From Spirochaetia bacterium (GTDB taxonomy: Bacteria > Spirochaetota > Spirochaetia > SZUA-6 > Bin103), in the NCBI GenBank assembly GCA_965203905.1, contig CBDBDQ010000005.1:992001-1056000 (forward strand): a stretch of DNA of 64,000 bases, written 5' to 3'. A program made the translations under genes and the position numbers. Numbering within the stretch: the stretch's first letter is position 1; the number at the start of each line of letters is the position of its first letter. The notes below the pieces were generated by a model. It had not been told where the DNA came from and did not search any database. It saw nothing but the letters and a program-made list of their open reading frames with translations. Positions 9,527-19,489 of the stretch are shown piece by piece.

Positions 9527-10834
9527 CTACCAGTAGCTGGCGATCAGGTTCTCGAACTGCTCCTGACGCCCCGATGAGGGCCGCGGCTCGCCGGCCTCGA
9601 GCACCCACCGCTCGAGCTCGCCGAAACCGACCGCGCCGCGCTCGACCTGGGCCCCGATGCCGGCGTCGAAACTGGCGTAGCGCGCCCGCCGCCACTCATC
9701 CAGAGTGCCCTCGGCGAGAATGCGCTCGGCGATCAGCAGGCCGCGCGCGAACGCGTCGATGCTGCCCACGTGGGCGGCGAACATGTCCCTGACGTCCGTC
9801 GACTCGCGCCGCAGCTTGGCGTCGAAGTTGAACCCGCCCGGCGCGATGCCGTCCTGGCGCAGCACGATCAGCATCACGGCGCTGGTGATGGCGAGATCCA
9901 GGTTGAACTGGTCGGTGTCCCAGCCGATCAGTGGATCGCCGGTGTTGGCGTCGATCGATCCCAGTAGGCCGGCGTCGGAAGCGGTCTGCAGCTCGTGGGC
10001 GAAGGTGTGGCCGGCCAGCGTGGCGTGGTTGCACTCGAGGTTGAGCTTGAACTGGTCGAGTCCGTAGCCGCGCAGGAAGCTGAGCACGGCCGCCGCGTCG
10101 AAGTCGTACTGGTGGGTGGTAGGCTCCTTCGGCTTCGGCTCGATCAGCAGGGTACCGGTGAAGCCGAGTTCGCGCCGGTAGTCGGCCGCCATCTGCAGGA
10201 AGCGCGCCAGATGCTCCTGCTCGCGCTTCATGTCGGTGTTGAGCAGCGTGGCGTAGCCCTCGCGGCCGCCCCAGAACACGTAATTTGCACCCCCCAGACG
10301 GTGCGTCACCTCGAGTGCCTTCTTCACCTGCGCCGCGGCGTAGGCGAAGACGTGGGCGTCCGGGTTGGTGGCGGCCCCGTTCATGTAGCGCGGATTGGAG
10401 AACAGGTTGGCGGTGCCCCACAGCAGCCGGATGCCGGTGTCGCCCTGCAGCTCTTCCGCCAGATCCACGACCCGGTCGAGGTTGCGGTTGGTCTCGGCCA
10501 GCGTGGCCCCCTCGGGGGCGATATCGCGGTCGTGGAAGCAGTAGTAGCCGAGCCCGAGCTTCTGGATGAACGCGAACGCCAGGCGCATGCGGCGCAACGC
10601 GTTGTCCAGGGAGTCGCTGCCGTCATCCCAGGGACGCACCAGGGTGGGCAGCCCGAAGGGATCCATCCCGCTGCCGCGGAAGGTGTGCCAGTAGGCCACG
10701 GAGAAACGGAAGTGCTCCGCCATGGTCTTGCCGGCGACCACCCGCTCCGGCTCGTAGTAGCGGTAGCTGAGCGGGTCGCGGGAATCGGGACCTGCGTAAC
10801 GGATCGGATCGATGTCGGCGAAGTAGTCTTCCAT
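9527..10834 (-). CDS. xylA: Xylose isomerase (class II)
   Basis: [43 protein letters not shown]. Confidence 0.96.
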   Translation of the reverse strand: MEDYFADIDPIRYAGPDSRDPLSYRYYEPERVVAGKTMAEHFRFSVAYWHTFRGSGMDPFGLPTLVRPWDDGSDSLDNALRRMRLAFAFIQKLGLGYYCFHDRDIAPEGATLAETNRNLDRVVDLAEELQGDTGIRLLWGTANLFSNPRYMNGAATNPDAHVFAYAAAQVKKALEVTHRLGGANYVFWGGREGYATLLNTDMKREQEHLARFLQMAADYRRELGFTGTLLIEPKPKEPTTHQYDFDAAAVLSFLRGYGLDQFKLNLECNHATLAGHTFAHELQTASDAGLLGSIDANTGDPLIGWDTDQFNLDLAITSAVMLIVLRQDGIAPGGFNFDAKLRRESTDVRDMFAAHVGSIDAFARGLLIAERILAEGTLDEWRRARYASFDAGIGAQVERGAVGFGELERWVLEAGEPRPSSGRQEQFENLIASYW

Positions 10835-10939
10835 GGACGCCCTCCCGACCCTACGGCAATCGGCGCCCCGGCGTCTACCCCGCGGCGCCGCTTCGGGGCT
10901 GTTGCCAGCGTGCCCGGACAGGCTACAATCGGCGCCGCC

Positions 10940-11980
10940 ATGCCATTGGTACCGATGCGCGTCCTACTCGATCATGCCGCCGAAAACGACTACGGACTGG
11001 CGGCCTTCAACGTCAACAACATGGAACAGATCCAGGCGATCATGGAGGCGGCCGCCAACACCGAGTCGCCGGTCATCATCCAGGCCTCGCGCGGCGCGCG
11101 CAGCTACGCCCAGGACGCGTACCTGCGCCACCTGATGCTGGCGGCGGTAGAGCTGTATCCGCAGATCCCGGTCGCCATGCACCAGGATCACGGCAACAGC
11201 CCGGCCACCTGCCGCAGCGCCATCCAGCAGGGGTTCACCTCGGTGATGATGGACGGCTCGCTGGCCGAGGATGCCAAGACCACCACCGACTACGACTACA
11301 ACGTGCGCGTGACGCGCGAGGTGGTAGGGGTGGCCCATGGCCGGGGAGTTACCGTGGAGGGCGAGATCGGCGTCCTCGGATCGCTGGAGACCGGCATGGG
11401 CGACAAGGAGGATGGCCACGGCGCCGAGGGCGCCCTGACCCGCGAGCAGCTCCTGACCGATCCGGACGAGGCCGAGCAGTTCGTGGCCGAGACCGGGGTG
11501 GACGCCCTGGCGGTGGCGATCGGCACCAGCCACGGCGCCTACAAGTTCTCGCACCAGCCGGACGGGGAAGTGCTGGCCATGGCCCGCATCGAGGAGATCC
11601 ACCGGCGGCTGCCCAACACCCACCTGGTGATGCACGGCTCCTCCTCGGTGCCGCAGCACCTGCAGGACCTGGTCAACGCCTACGGCGGCGCCATCCGCCA
11701 GACCTGGGGCGTGCCGGTGGAGGAGATCCAGCGCGGCATCCGCCACGGGGTACGCAAGATCAACGTCGACACCGACAACCGGCTGGCGATGACGGGGGCG
11801 ATCCGCAAGGCGCTGCACGAGGACACCGCCGGCTTCGATCCGCGCGACCTCCTCAAGGCCGCCCGCGCCGCGATGCAGGAGGTGTGCGAGGCGCGCATGA
11901 CCGCCTTCGGCCAGGCCGGCAACGCTCCCCGCGTACCGCAGGTGACGCTGGAACAGATGGCGCAGCGCTACGACTCGTAA
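10940..11980 (+). CDS. fba: Fructose-bisphosphate aldolase class II
   Basis: [45 protein letters not shown]. Confidence 0.96.
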   Translation: MPLVPMRVLLDHAAENDYGLAAFNVNNMEQIQAIMEAAANTESPVIIQASRGARSYAQDAYLRHLMLAAVELYPQIPVAMHQDHGNSPATCRSAIQQGFTSVMMDGSLAEDAKTTTDYDYNVRVTREVVGVAHGRGVTVEGEIGVLGSLETGMGDKEDGHGAEGALTREQLLTDPDEAEQFVAETGVDALAVAIGTSHGAYKFSHQPDGEVLAMARIEEIHRRLPNTHLVMHGSSSVPQHLQDLVNAYGGAIRQTWGVPVEEIQRGIRHGVRKINVDTDNRLAMTGAIRKALHEDTAGFDPRDLLKAARAAMQEVCEARMTAFGQAGNAPRVPQVTLEQMAQRYDS

Positions 11981-12002
11981 CGCGGCGACCGCCTAGCCGT
12001 CG

Positions 12003-13094
12003 TCAGCCGCCGGCGTGGCGGCGCAGTTGGCCGCAGGCGGCAGCCACTTCCTGGCCTTTTTCCTTGCGCACCGTGACCGGGACGGCGGCGGCGCGCAGCA
12101 CTTGTGCGAAGCCGTGGACGCGGCCTGACGACGGCCGCCGCAGCTGGTCCAGTTCGGGCACCGGATTGTAGGGGATCAGGTTGACCTTGGCCGGCGCGGG
12201 GCAACGCTCCCGCAGCAGTTGCGCCAGCCGCCGCGCCGCCTCTTCCGAGTCGTTGATACCCTCCAGCAGCACGTACTCGAAGGTCACCGTCCTGCCGGTG
12301 GAGCGCGCGTAGGCACCGGCGGCGGCGACTATCTCGGCCACCGGCCAGCGCCCCGAGGTAGGCACCAGCCGTTGCCGCAGCCGGTCGTCCGCGGCGTGCA
12401 GGCTGACCGCCAATCCTACCGGGAGCGCGAGTTGCGCCAGCCGCTCGATGCCGGGCACCAGCCCCACGGTGCTGACGGTAATGCGCCGGGCGCTGAAGCC
12501 GAACCCGTCGCCGGCGCACAGCAGTGCCAGCGCTCCGCTCAGAGCCGGGTAGTTGGCCAGTGGCTCGCCCATGCCCATGAACACCAGGTTGGTCAGCGGC
12601 CCCAGCTCGCGCTGCACGATCGCTACCTGGTCCACCATCTCGCCCGTGCTGAGGTTGCGCGCCAGACCCTGCAAGCCCGAGGCGCAGAACACGCAGCCCA
12701 TGGCGCAGCCCACCTGGCTGCTCACGCACACCGTGTGCCGCGCCCGCGGCCCGGGTCCGGCAGCGGACCGCGGCTCGTAGATCGACACCGTCTCCACCAG
12801 TTGTCCGTCACCGGCCTGGAGCAACAGCTTGCTGGTCATCCGGTCGCGGGAGACGGAGCGGCTGCGCTCGGTGAGACCGTAGGGGGTGAGATCCCGCTCC
12901 AGCCGTTCCCGCAGCGGCGCCGGCAGTTCCGACATGGCGGAAAACGAGGCCGTGTGGCGGCGGAACAGATGGCGTTGGATCTGGCGCGCGCGGTAGGCGG
13001 GAGCCCCGAGCGCGCGCAGGTAGTCGGTCCATTCCGCAGCGTCGAGGCCGGTGGCGGCGCGGCGTGGCGCGGGGGGCCCGGGGCTCTGCGCCAA
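12003..13094 (-). CDS. rlmN: 23S rRNA m2A2503/tRNA methyltransferase RlmN (start approximate)
   Basis: CVSSQVGCAMGCVFCASG radical-SAM motif, FMGMGEPL, NLIPYN, AACGQL. Confidence 0.93.
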   Translation of the reverse strand: MAQSPGPPAPRRAATGLDAAEWTDYLRALGAPAYRARQIQRHLFRRHTASFSAMSELPAPLRERLERDLTPYGLTERSRSVSRDRMTSKLLLQAGDGQLVETVSIYEPRSAAGPGPRARHTVCVSSQVGCAMGCVFCASGLQGLARNLSTGEMVDQVAIVQRELGPLTNLVFMGMGEPLANYPALSGALALLCAGDGFGFSARRITVSTVGLVPGIERLAQLALPVGLAVSLHAADDRLRQRLVPTSGRWPVAEIVAAAGAYARSTGRTVTFEYVLLEGINDSEEAARRLAQLLRERCPAPAKVNLIPYNPVPELDQLRRPSSGRVHGFAQVLRAAAVPVTVRKEKGQEVAAACGQLRRHAGG

Positions 13095-13105
13095 TCGACA
13101 GGGCC

Positions 13106-14515
13106 TCAGCGGCGCGGGCGGTAGATGTGGGTGCTCTGGCCGAAGAACATGTCCGCGGCTTCCATCACCGTCTCGCTGAGGGTCGGGTGCGGATGAATCG
13201 ACAGCCGCAGGTCGGTGGCGAGGGCGGCCATCTCCACCGCCAGCACCCCCTCCGCGATCAGCTCCCCGGCGCCGGCGCCCACCACGCCCATCCCCAGCAC
13301 CCGTTCGTTGCCGGGATCGACCACCAGCTTGGTCAGACCGTCCGGGCGCCCCATGGTGGTGGCGCGGCCGGATGCCGCCCACGGGAACCGCAGCACGCTC
13401 ACCTCGCGGCCCTGCTCGCGCGCCGCGCTCTCGGTGAGCCCGCACCAGGCCACCTCGGGGTCGGTGAACACCACCGCCGGGATCGCCTGCGGTTCGAAGG
13501 CCACCTTCAATCCGGCGGCCGCTTCCGCGGCGGTGCGCCCCTCGTGGGTGGCCTTGTGCGCCAGGCCGGGCTCCCCCGCCACGTCGCCGATGGCGTACAC
13601 CCCCGCGTGCGAGGTCTCGCGTTTTTCGTCGGTGGGTATGAAGCCGCGCTGGTCGCAGGCGATGCCGAGCTGCTCCAGACCCAGCTCCTCCGTGTTGGGG
13701 GTGCGGCCCACGCTCATCAGCACCTTGTCGAAGGTCTCGGTGACCGCCCCGTCCGGCGTCGCCAGTGCGGCCGTGATGCCGGCGCCGGTCTCCTCCAGCG
13801 ACTCGACCCGGGTAGCGACGTACACCTTGGCGAAGCGTCCATCCAGTTGCCGCGCCAGCACCCCGGCAAGGTCACGGTCGGCGCCCGGCAGCAGCCCGGG
13901 GAGCATCTCCACCACCGTCACCCGGGAACCGAGCGCGGCGTAGACCGAGCCCAATTCCAGACCGATGTAGCCGCCGCCGATCACCAGCAGCGACGCGGGG
14001 ATGTCCGGCAGCTCCAGGGCGCTGGTGGAGTCCATCATCCGCTCGCTGTCCAGCCACAGCGACGGGACCCGCGCCGGCCGCGACCCGGTGGCGATGACCG
14101 CGTGATCGAAGCTCACGCTCTGGCGGCCGGCGCTGCCGGTTACCAGCAGCGTGCCCGGGCCGCTGAAGCGGGCACGGCCCTGCAGGTAATCGACCTTGCG
14201 CTGGGCGCTCAGGGTGCCCAGTCCGCCGGTCATCTTGCTCACCACGCCGTCCTTCCAGGACCGCAGCCGGTCGAGATCGATCCTGGGCTTGCCGAAGCGT
14301 ACTCCCCATTCGCGCGCCGCCTGCGCCTCGTGCAGCAGCTTGGCGACGTGCAACAGTGCCTTGGATGGGATGCACCCGCGATACAGGCACACCCCTCCGG
14401 GGTTGGGCTCGGCATCGATCAGGGTGACCCGCAGACCCTGGTCGGCGGCCATGAACGCCGCCGCGTAGCCGCCGGGGCCGGCGCCGATCACCGCCAGATG
14501 GGAACGATCCGCCAC
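13106..14515 (-). CDS. lpdA: Dihydrolipoamide dehydrogenase (E3)
   Basis: GAGPGGY, GGVCLYRGCIPSK, GGGYIGLE, IHPHPTLSE. Confidence 0.96.
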   Translation of the reverse strand: MADRSHLAVIGAGPGGYAAAFMAADQGLRVTLIDAEPNPGGVCLYRGCIPSKALLHVAKLLHEAQAAREWGVRFGKPRIDLDRLRSWKDGVVSKMTGGLGTLSAQRKVDYLQGRARFSGPGTLLVTGSAGRQSVSFDHAVIATGSRPARVPSLWLDSERMMDSTSALELPDIPASLLVIGGGYIGLELGSVYAALGSRVTVVEMLPGLLPGADRDLAGVLARQLDGRFAKVYVATRVESLEETGAGITAALATPDGAVTETFDKVLMSVGRTPNTEELGLEQLGIACDQRGFIPTDEKRETSHAGVYAIGDVAGEPGLAHKATHEGRTAAEAAAGLKVAFEPQAIPAVVFTDPEVAWCGLTESAAREQGREVSVLRFPWAASGRATTMGRPDGLTKLVVDPGNERVLGMGVVGAGAGELIAEGVLAVEMAALATDLRLSIHPHPTLSETVMEAADMFFGQSTHIYRPRR

Positions 14516-14519
14516 CGCT

Positions 14520-15839
14520 TCAGCCCTCCAGCGCCAGCAGCAGCGGCTGCTCCAGAGCCTCCACCACCCAGCGCAGGAAGCGGATGCCGTCGGCGCCGTC
14601 GATCAGCCGGTGATCGTAGGTGAGCGACAGCGGCAGGCGCAGGCGCGGCACGAACTCACCGTCCTGCAAGACCGGCTCCCAGGCGGCGCGCGAGACGCCC
14701 AGAATCGCGACCTCGGGCGCGTTGACGATCGGCGTGAAGTGGGACCCGCCGATACCGCCCAGGTTGGAGATGGTGAAGGTCCCGCCCTGCATCTCCGCCA
14801 CCGTGAGCTTGCGGGCGCGGGCACGCGCGGAGATCTCGCCGAGGGAACGCGCGATTTCGACGATGTTCATCCGGTCGGCGTCGCGGATCACCGGGACCAG
14901 CAGGCCGCGCTCCGTGTCCACGGCGATGCCGATGTGGTAATAGCGCTTGTGCACCACCTCGGCACGCTGCAGGTCGACGCTGGCGTTGAACTGCGGAAAC
15001 AGCTTGAGGGCGGTGGCGACGACCTTTACCAGGATCGCGGTCACGGTGAGCTTGCCGCCGGCAGCCTCGGCGCGCGCGCCGTACTGCTTGCGCAGGCGTT
15101 CCAGCTCGGTGATGTCCGCCTTGTCCTGCTGGGTCACCGCGGGAATCGTCTGCCAGGCCGCCGTGAGGTGGGTGGCGGTGGTACGGCGCACGGCGTTCAT
15201 CGCGGTACGCTCGATCGGTCCCCACTGGGCGAAGTCGGGGAGCGGCGGCGCGGCCGGCAGGGCGCCGGCCGCGGGTGCCTGCAGCAACCGCTTGGCGGTA
15301 GCCTTTACGTCGTCGAGGAGAATGCGGCCGCCGGGCCCGGTACCGGCGACGGCATCGATGTCGACGCCGATCTCGCGCGCCAGGCGGCGCACGGCCGGGG
15401 TGGCCGGAATCGGGCGTGCAGCGGATGGCTCCTCGGCCGCGGCAGCCTCCGGTTGCGCCGCCGGCGGCGCGGGAGCGGGCGCCGGGTCCGGCGGCGGCGC
15501 CGTCCCCGCAGCGGAGCCGGCCGGTGGCGCGGGTGGATCCGGGGAGGCGGCGGCACTGGCGGAGTCGCCGCTGGCGGGCTCCGAGTCCGCGGACTCCGGA
15601 CTGGCAGACTCCAGACTGGCAATGGTATCACCCACGTTGATGGTGTCGCCCGCCTTGACGTGAATGGCGGTCACCACCCCGGCCTCAGGGGCGGGCACCT
15701 CCACTACCGCCTTGTCGGTCTCCAACTCCACCAACGGTGCGTCCTTCTCTACCTGGTCTCCGGGACTCACCAGCACGGCGGCCACGTCGCCGGCTTCTAT
15801 GTTTTCACCGAGTTCCGGAAGTCTGACGTCGATTGCCAT
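14520..15839 (-). CDS. aceF: Pyruvate dehydrogenase E2, single lipoyl domain
   Basis: LETDKA lipoyl site, Pro/Ala linker, PAVRRLARE E3-binding domain, YDHRLIDG. Confidence 0.94.
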   Translation of the reverse strand: MAIDVRLPELGENIEAGDVAAVLVSPGDQVEKDAPLVELETDKAVVEVPAPEAGVVTAIHVKAGDTINVGDTIASLESASPESADSEPASGDSASAAASPDPPAPPAGSAAGTAPPPDPAPAPAPPAAQPEAAAAEEPSAARPIPATPAVRRLAREIGVDIDAVAGTGPGGRILLDDVKATAKRLLQAPAAGALPAAPPLPDFAQWGPIERTAMNAVRRTTATHLTAAWQTIPAVTQQDKADITELERLRKQYGARAEAAGGKLTVTAILVKVVATALKLFPQFNASVDLQRAEVVHKRYYHIGIAVDTERGLLVPVIRDADRMNIVEIARSLGEISARARARKLTVAEMQGGTFTISNLGGIGGSHFTPIVNAPEVAILGVSRAAWEPVLQDGEFVPRLRLPLSLTYDHRLIDGADGIRFLRWVVEALEQPLLLALEG

Positions 15840-16047
15840 CGATCCTCCGCCCACAGCACGGCGCACCTCCACCGTGCATGGAGCCGTTATCCGCGCGAAG
15901 ATAACACCGATAGCTCGCGATTGTCAGGTGTGGAAGGTGCCTGTGCCTGCTGTGCTGCTCACCAGTGCTCACCACAGGGACAAGGCAGCAGTGGGTCGTC
16001 GACTGCGACCTGGGAGGGGGCGTGGACCGCGTGAACCGCCGTGCGCG

Positions 16048-16992
16048 TCAATCGCCGTCGTCGTCGGACTGGGCCAGACGGCGCTCCAGTTCCGCGATGC
16101 GCTCCTCGGCGGCGGCAAGCTCGGCCCGTTGCCGCTCCAGCGCCGTGTCCTTTTCGGCCCGCTCTCGCGCCAGCGCCGCGTCCTTCTCGGCGAGCGCCGC
16201 TTCCTGTTCGGCCCGTTCTCGCGCCAGCGCCGCGTTCTCGCGCTTCATCCGCCCCCACGTCTCGGTGACCTCGTCCTCCAGCGCCATCGAGTCCGCCACC
16301 TCCACGCTCGCCACCGCTCCCTCCAGCCGCCGCAGTACCGGCCGGTAGTGCTCCGGTATCTCCCGCTCGTCCACCTCCAGCACGTGCCGGTCGCCCGGCA
16401 CCCGCAACTCCTGGTCGAACACGCTCAGCAGCCGCTCCAGGTCCGTCCTCCGCCGCGACGCCAGCAGCGGCACCTGCACCACCCAGCAGTCGTGGCTCAA
16501 CGCTTCCACGAACTCCTCCCGCTCGCTCAGCCGCTCCCCGCTCACCCCGTCCACGTACTCCCGCGCCACCCGCAGCACCGTCGCCGCCGTGCGCGGCAGG
16601 CACTCGCCCAGGATGTAGATCGCCCGCAGCGGCCGATGCCGCCGCCGCCCGTCCGTACCCACGTCGTAGTTGTCGCGGTCCGCGTAGTGCCGGCCCAGGT
16701 ACTCGCGAAACCGCATCACCTCGTCGGTGAAGCGCGCCTTCTGTACTTCCACCAGCACCCGCAGCCGCTCGCCGGCGACCGTGCGCACCGTCGCCGCGAA
16801 GTCCACCCGCCGCACCGTCAGCAGCTCCCCCGTCGGACCCGGCGGCGACGCGCGCACCGAGCTTTCCTGTGGCAGCGCCTGCAGGCTCTCCACCTCCTCG
16901 TCCAGCACCGCCCCGACCAACAGGCGGGCGGCTGCCTGATCGTCCATCAGGTACTTGAAGGCAGCGTCGTACATCGGGTTGGCGATGCGCAT
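16048..16992 (-). CDS. Rpn/YhgA-like PD-(D/E)XK family protein with coiled-coil repeat tail
   Basis: IANPMYDAAFKYLM start, VDF..VLVEVQK nuclease-like motif, RFREYLG, repeated ALARERAE tail. Confidence 0.7.
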   Translation of the reverse strand: MRIANPMYDAAFKYLMDDQAAARLLVGAVLDEEVESLQALPQESSVRASPPGPTGELLTVRRVDFAATVRTVAGERLRVLVEVQKARFTDEVMRFREYLGRHYADRDNYDVGTDGRRRHRPLRAIYILGECLPRTAATVLRVAREYVDGVSGERLSEREEFVEALSHDCWVVQVPLLASRRRTDLERLLSVFDQELRVPGDRHVLEVDEREIPEHYRPVLRRLEGAVASVEVADSMALEDEVTETWGRMKRENAALARERAEQEAALAEKDAALARERAEKDTALERQRAELAAAEERIAELERRLAQSDDDGD

Positions 16993-17050
16993 CGCTTCAC
17001 ATTAGCTCTCAGGCCGCAGGCCGGCAACAGGCTCGCTCTTGCTCATCTTG

Positions 17051-17089
17051 CTCACACAACGCTAACGGTTGCCTAACACGGCGCTAAGG
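17051..17089 (+). promoter_or_regulatory. Pho-box-like array: 4 direct repeats at 11-bp period upstream of the aquaporin
   Basis: CTCACA(17051), CTAACG(17062), CTAACA(17073), CTAAGG(17084). Confidence 0.7.
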
Positions 17090-17122
17090 GAGGTTCGAGA
17101 CGCTGCCGGCTCCGGGATCCAC

Positions 17123-17827
17123 GTGCGCAACGATTATCGATTCGATGCACTCCTCGCGGAGGTTGTGGGCACCTTTGCGCTGGTGTTCGCCGCCACCGGT
17201 TCGATCATGGTCAACGACCTGTCCGGTGGCACAGTCACGCACATCGGAGTTGCCGCCGCCCCCGGCCTGGTGGTCGCGGCCATGATCTACGCGGTGGGTG
17301 ACATCTCGGCGGCTCACTTCAACCCGGCCGTGACCGTCGGCTTCTGGAGCGTGGGCCGCCTGCCGACGCGGCTGGTGGTGCCGTACCTGCTCAGCCAGGC
17401 GGTCGGTGCCGTGCTGGCCAGCCTGGCCCTGTGGCTGCTGTTGCCCGATGACCGCGGTCTGATGGGCGCGCACGTACCGGCCCTGCCGGCAGGCGCCTCA
17501 GTGGCGATGGAGGTGATACTCACCTTCTTCCTGATGTTCGTGATTCTCGGCGTGTCCGGGTACCTCAACGCGGCTCCGGCCGCCGCGCAGATCAACCGCC
17601 AACCCTCCTCGGGTCTGGCGGTGGGCGCGGTGGTGGCACTGGCGATCTGGTTCGCCGGGCCTACCAGTGGCGCCTCGATGAATCCGATCCGTTCGTTCGC
17701 GCCGGCATTGTTCGCCGGCGAGCCGCTGCGCTACCTCTGGATCTACGTTACGGGTCCAATCGGAGGCGCGCTCCTCGCCGGCGTGGTGGGCCGCCTCATT
17801 CGCAAGGCCAGCCGGACCGTAACCTGA
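17123..17827 (+). CDS. MIP family aquaporin/aquaglyceroporin (probable arsenite channel)
   Basis: AEVVGTF, AHFNPAVT, GASMNPIRS, WIYVTGP. Convergent with arsC. Confidence 0.88.
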   Translation: MRNDYRFDALLAEVVGTFALVFAATGSIMVNDLSGGTVTHIGVAAAPGLVVAAMIYAVGDISAAHFNPAVTVGFWSVGRLPTRLVVPYLLSQAVGAVLASLALWLLLPDDRGLMGAHVPALPAGASVAMEVILTFFLMFVILGVSGYLNAAPAAAQINRQPSSGLAVGAVVALAIWFAGPTSGASMNPIRSFAPALFAGEPLRYLWIYVTGPIGGALLAGVVGRLIRKASRTVT

Positions 17828-17864
17828 ACGTCCCTCGCCACTGTGCCACGGCTTGCCGGCCCGC

Positions 17865-18272
17865 TCAGGTCAGATCATTGCGGATCTCGTCGGCGTAGGC
17901 GGCCAGCTCGTCGCGCACGCGGCGGAACTCGGCGGCGATTTGCGCCTCGCTGCCGGTGGCCTTGGCGGGGTCACTGAAGCTGCGGTGCAGGTGCCGTCTG
18001 GCACCGGGCAGCAGCGGGCAGCGTTCACGTGCGTCGTCGCACACGGTCACCACCAGATCGAACGGCTGTCCGACGTAGTCTTTGACGTGGTTGGAAGTAT
18101 GGCCGGAGATGTCGATTCCCGCCTCGGCCATTGCGGCCACGGCGCGCGGATTCAGGCCGTGCGGGTCGACGCCCGCGGACGCCACGTCGAACGCGGTCTC
18201 CCGGCCCAGGTACCCGTGCAGCATCTGCGAGCGGCACGAGTTGCCGGTGCACAGCACCAGGATTCTTGGCAT
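17865..18272 (-). CDS. arsC: Arsenate reductase, LMW-PTP (thioredoxin-coupled) family
   Basis: LCTGNSCRSQ, VTVCDDARERCP, FSDP. Confidence 0.92.
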   Translation of the reverse strand: MPRILVLCTGNSCRSQMLHGYLGRETAFDVASAGVDPHGLNPRAVAAMAEAGIDISGHTSNHVKDYVGQPFDLVVTVCDDARERCPLLPGARRHLHRSFSDPAKATGSEAQIAAEFRRVRDELAAYADEIRNDLT

Positions 18273-18347
18273 GGTCGGGGAAAACAGGAAGTCCCGCCGC
18301 GAGCACTCAACGGGCACCACGCGGCGGGACGTTTGTTCGGTTCAGCT

Positions 18348-19367
18348 TCAGCTTGAAGCCGCGTCGGCGACGGCGTCCAGCCAGGCCTGCTTGGCGGCGT
18401 CGAGCGCCATCCGGTTGGCCGGGAAGTAGCCGACGTCCACCACCTCCTCGTTGACGTAGGTCAGATAGAAGGCGACGAAGGCCGCCACCTGCGGCTTCTC
18501 CATCATGATGTCGCCAGTGGTGTAGATGAACAGCGGACGCGCCAGCGGATAGGAAGCGTCGTCCACGCTCTCCTTGCTCGCCTCGACGCCGTCGATGTTG
18601 AGCACCCGCAGCTTGTCGGCGTTCTCGGAGTAGTACGCATAGCCGAAGAATCCCACCGAGTAGGGTCCGCCCAGCACGCCCTGCACCAGGATGTTGTCAT
18701 CCTCGCTCATCTGCAGGTTGCCGGCGCTCAGGATCGGCTCCTCATCCTCGTCGAACACCTCTTCCACGAAGTAGTCGAAGGTGCCGCTGTCGGTGCCGGG
18801 AATGAAGCGCTGAATCGGCTCATCGGGCCAGGCCGGGTTGATGTCGCTCCAGTTGGCGGCGGTGCTGAACAGTGCCGAGAGCTGCTCCATGGAGACGTCG
18901 TCGGCGAACGTGTTGTCCTTGCTGACCACCACCGCAAGCGCGTCGGTACCGACGCGCATCTCGATCGGCTCCCGGCCGATGGAGTTGCAGGAGTCCACTT
19001 CCTTCGGCTTGATCGCTCGACTGGCGTTGGAGACGTCGGTCTCGCCCGCGGTGCAGAAGCGCTCGAAGCCGGCGCCGCTGCCGATGCTGTCGACGGTGAT
19101 GTTGCCCGCGAAGCCCTCGTCCTTGAACCGTTCCACCATGCGCTCGGACAGGGGAAACACGGTAGAGCTGCCGGCCGTGACGATGTTGCCGGGCACCTCC
19201 AGGGGGTCGATTCCGGGAAGCATGGGGTCATCCGACTCCTCCAGAATGAATGCCCAGCCGGCATCCTCTTCACCGCCACCCCCTGCGCCCGCGAGGGCAC
19301 CCGTAAGCAGCAACGCAAGGGCCAGCAGAGCGCCAGCCGGTCGCACCAGGATAGATGAACGAGACAA
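18348..19367 (-). CDS. pstS: Phosphate ABC transporter substrate-binding protein
   Basis: Signal peptide, AGSSTVFP, GSGAGFERF, NASR, DSGTFDYF, YPLARPLFIY. Confidence 0.93.
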   Translation of the reverse strand: MSRSSILVRPAGALLALALLLTGALAGAGGGGEEDAGWAFILEESDDPMLPGIDPLEVPGNIVTAGSSTVFPLSERMVERFKDEGFAGNITVDSIGSGAGFERFCTAGETDVSNASRAIKPKEVDSCNSIGREPIEMRVGTDALAVVVSKDNTFADDVSMEQLSALFSTAANWSDINPAWPDEPIQRFIPGTDSGTFDYFVEEVFDEDEEPILSAGNLQMSEDDNILVQGVLGGPYSVGFFGYAYYSENADKLRVLNIDGVEASKESVDDASYPLARPLFIYTTGDIMMEKPQVAAFVAFYLTYVNEEVVDVGYFPANRMALDAAKQAWLDAVADAASS

Positions 19368-19415
19368 AGAACTCTCCTTATCGAGGGATTAGCTGTCGAT
19401 AAGGTAGGGCCGCGG

Positions 19416-19454
19416 CTTTAGGCTTCTGCTAGAGCACTGTTAGGGTTGTGTGAG
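19416..19454 (-). promoter_or_regulatory. Pho-box-like array upstream of pstS
   Basis: Minus strand CTCACA-N5-CTAACA-N5-CTAGCA-N5-CTAAAG, then TACCTT (-10-like) 9 nt downstream. Confidence 0.72.
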
Positions 19455-19489
19455 GCCGGCCGCTGCCGGCCCTCATGCTGACGGGCGCC

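Noticed and set aside
15420-15620. Low-complexity repeats in aceF (and the biotin carrier at ~40070-40160)
   Set aside because: These are ordinary Pro/Ala-rich flexible linkers of lipoyl and biotinyl proteins.
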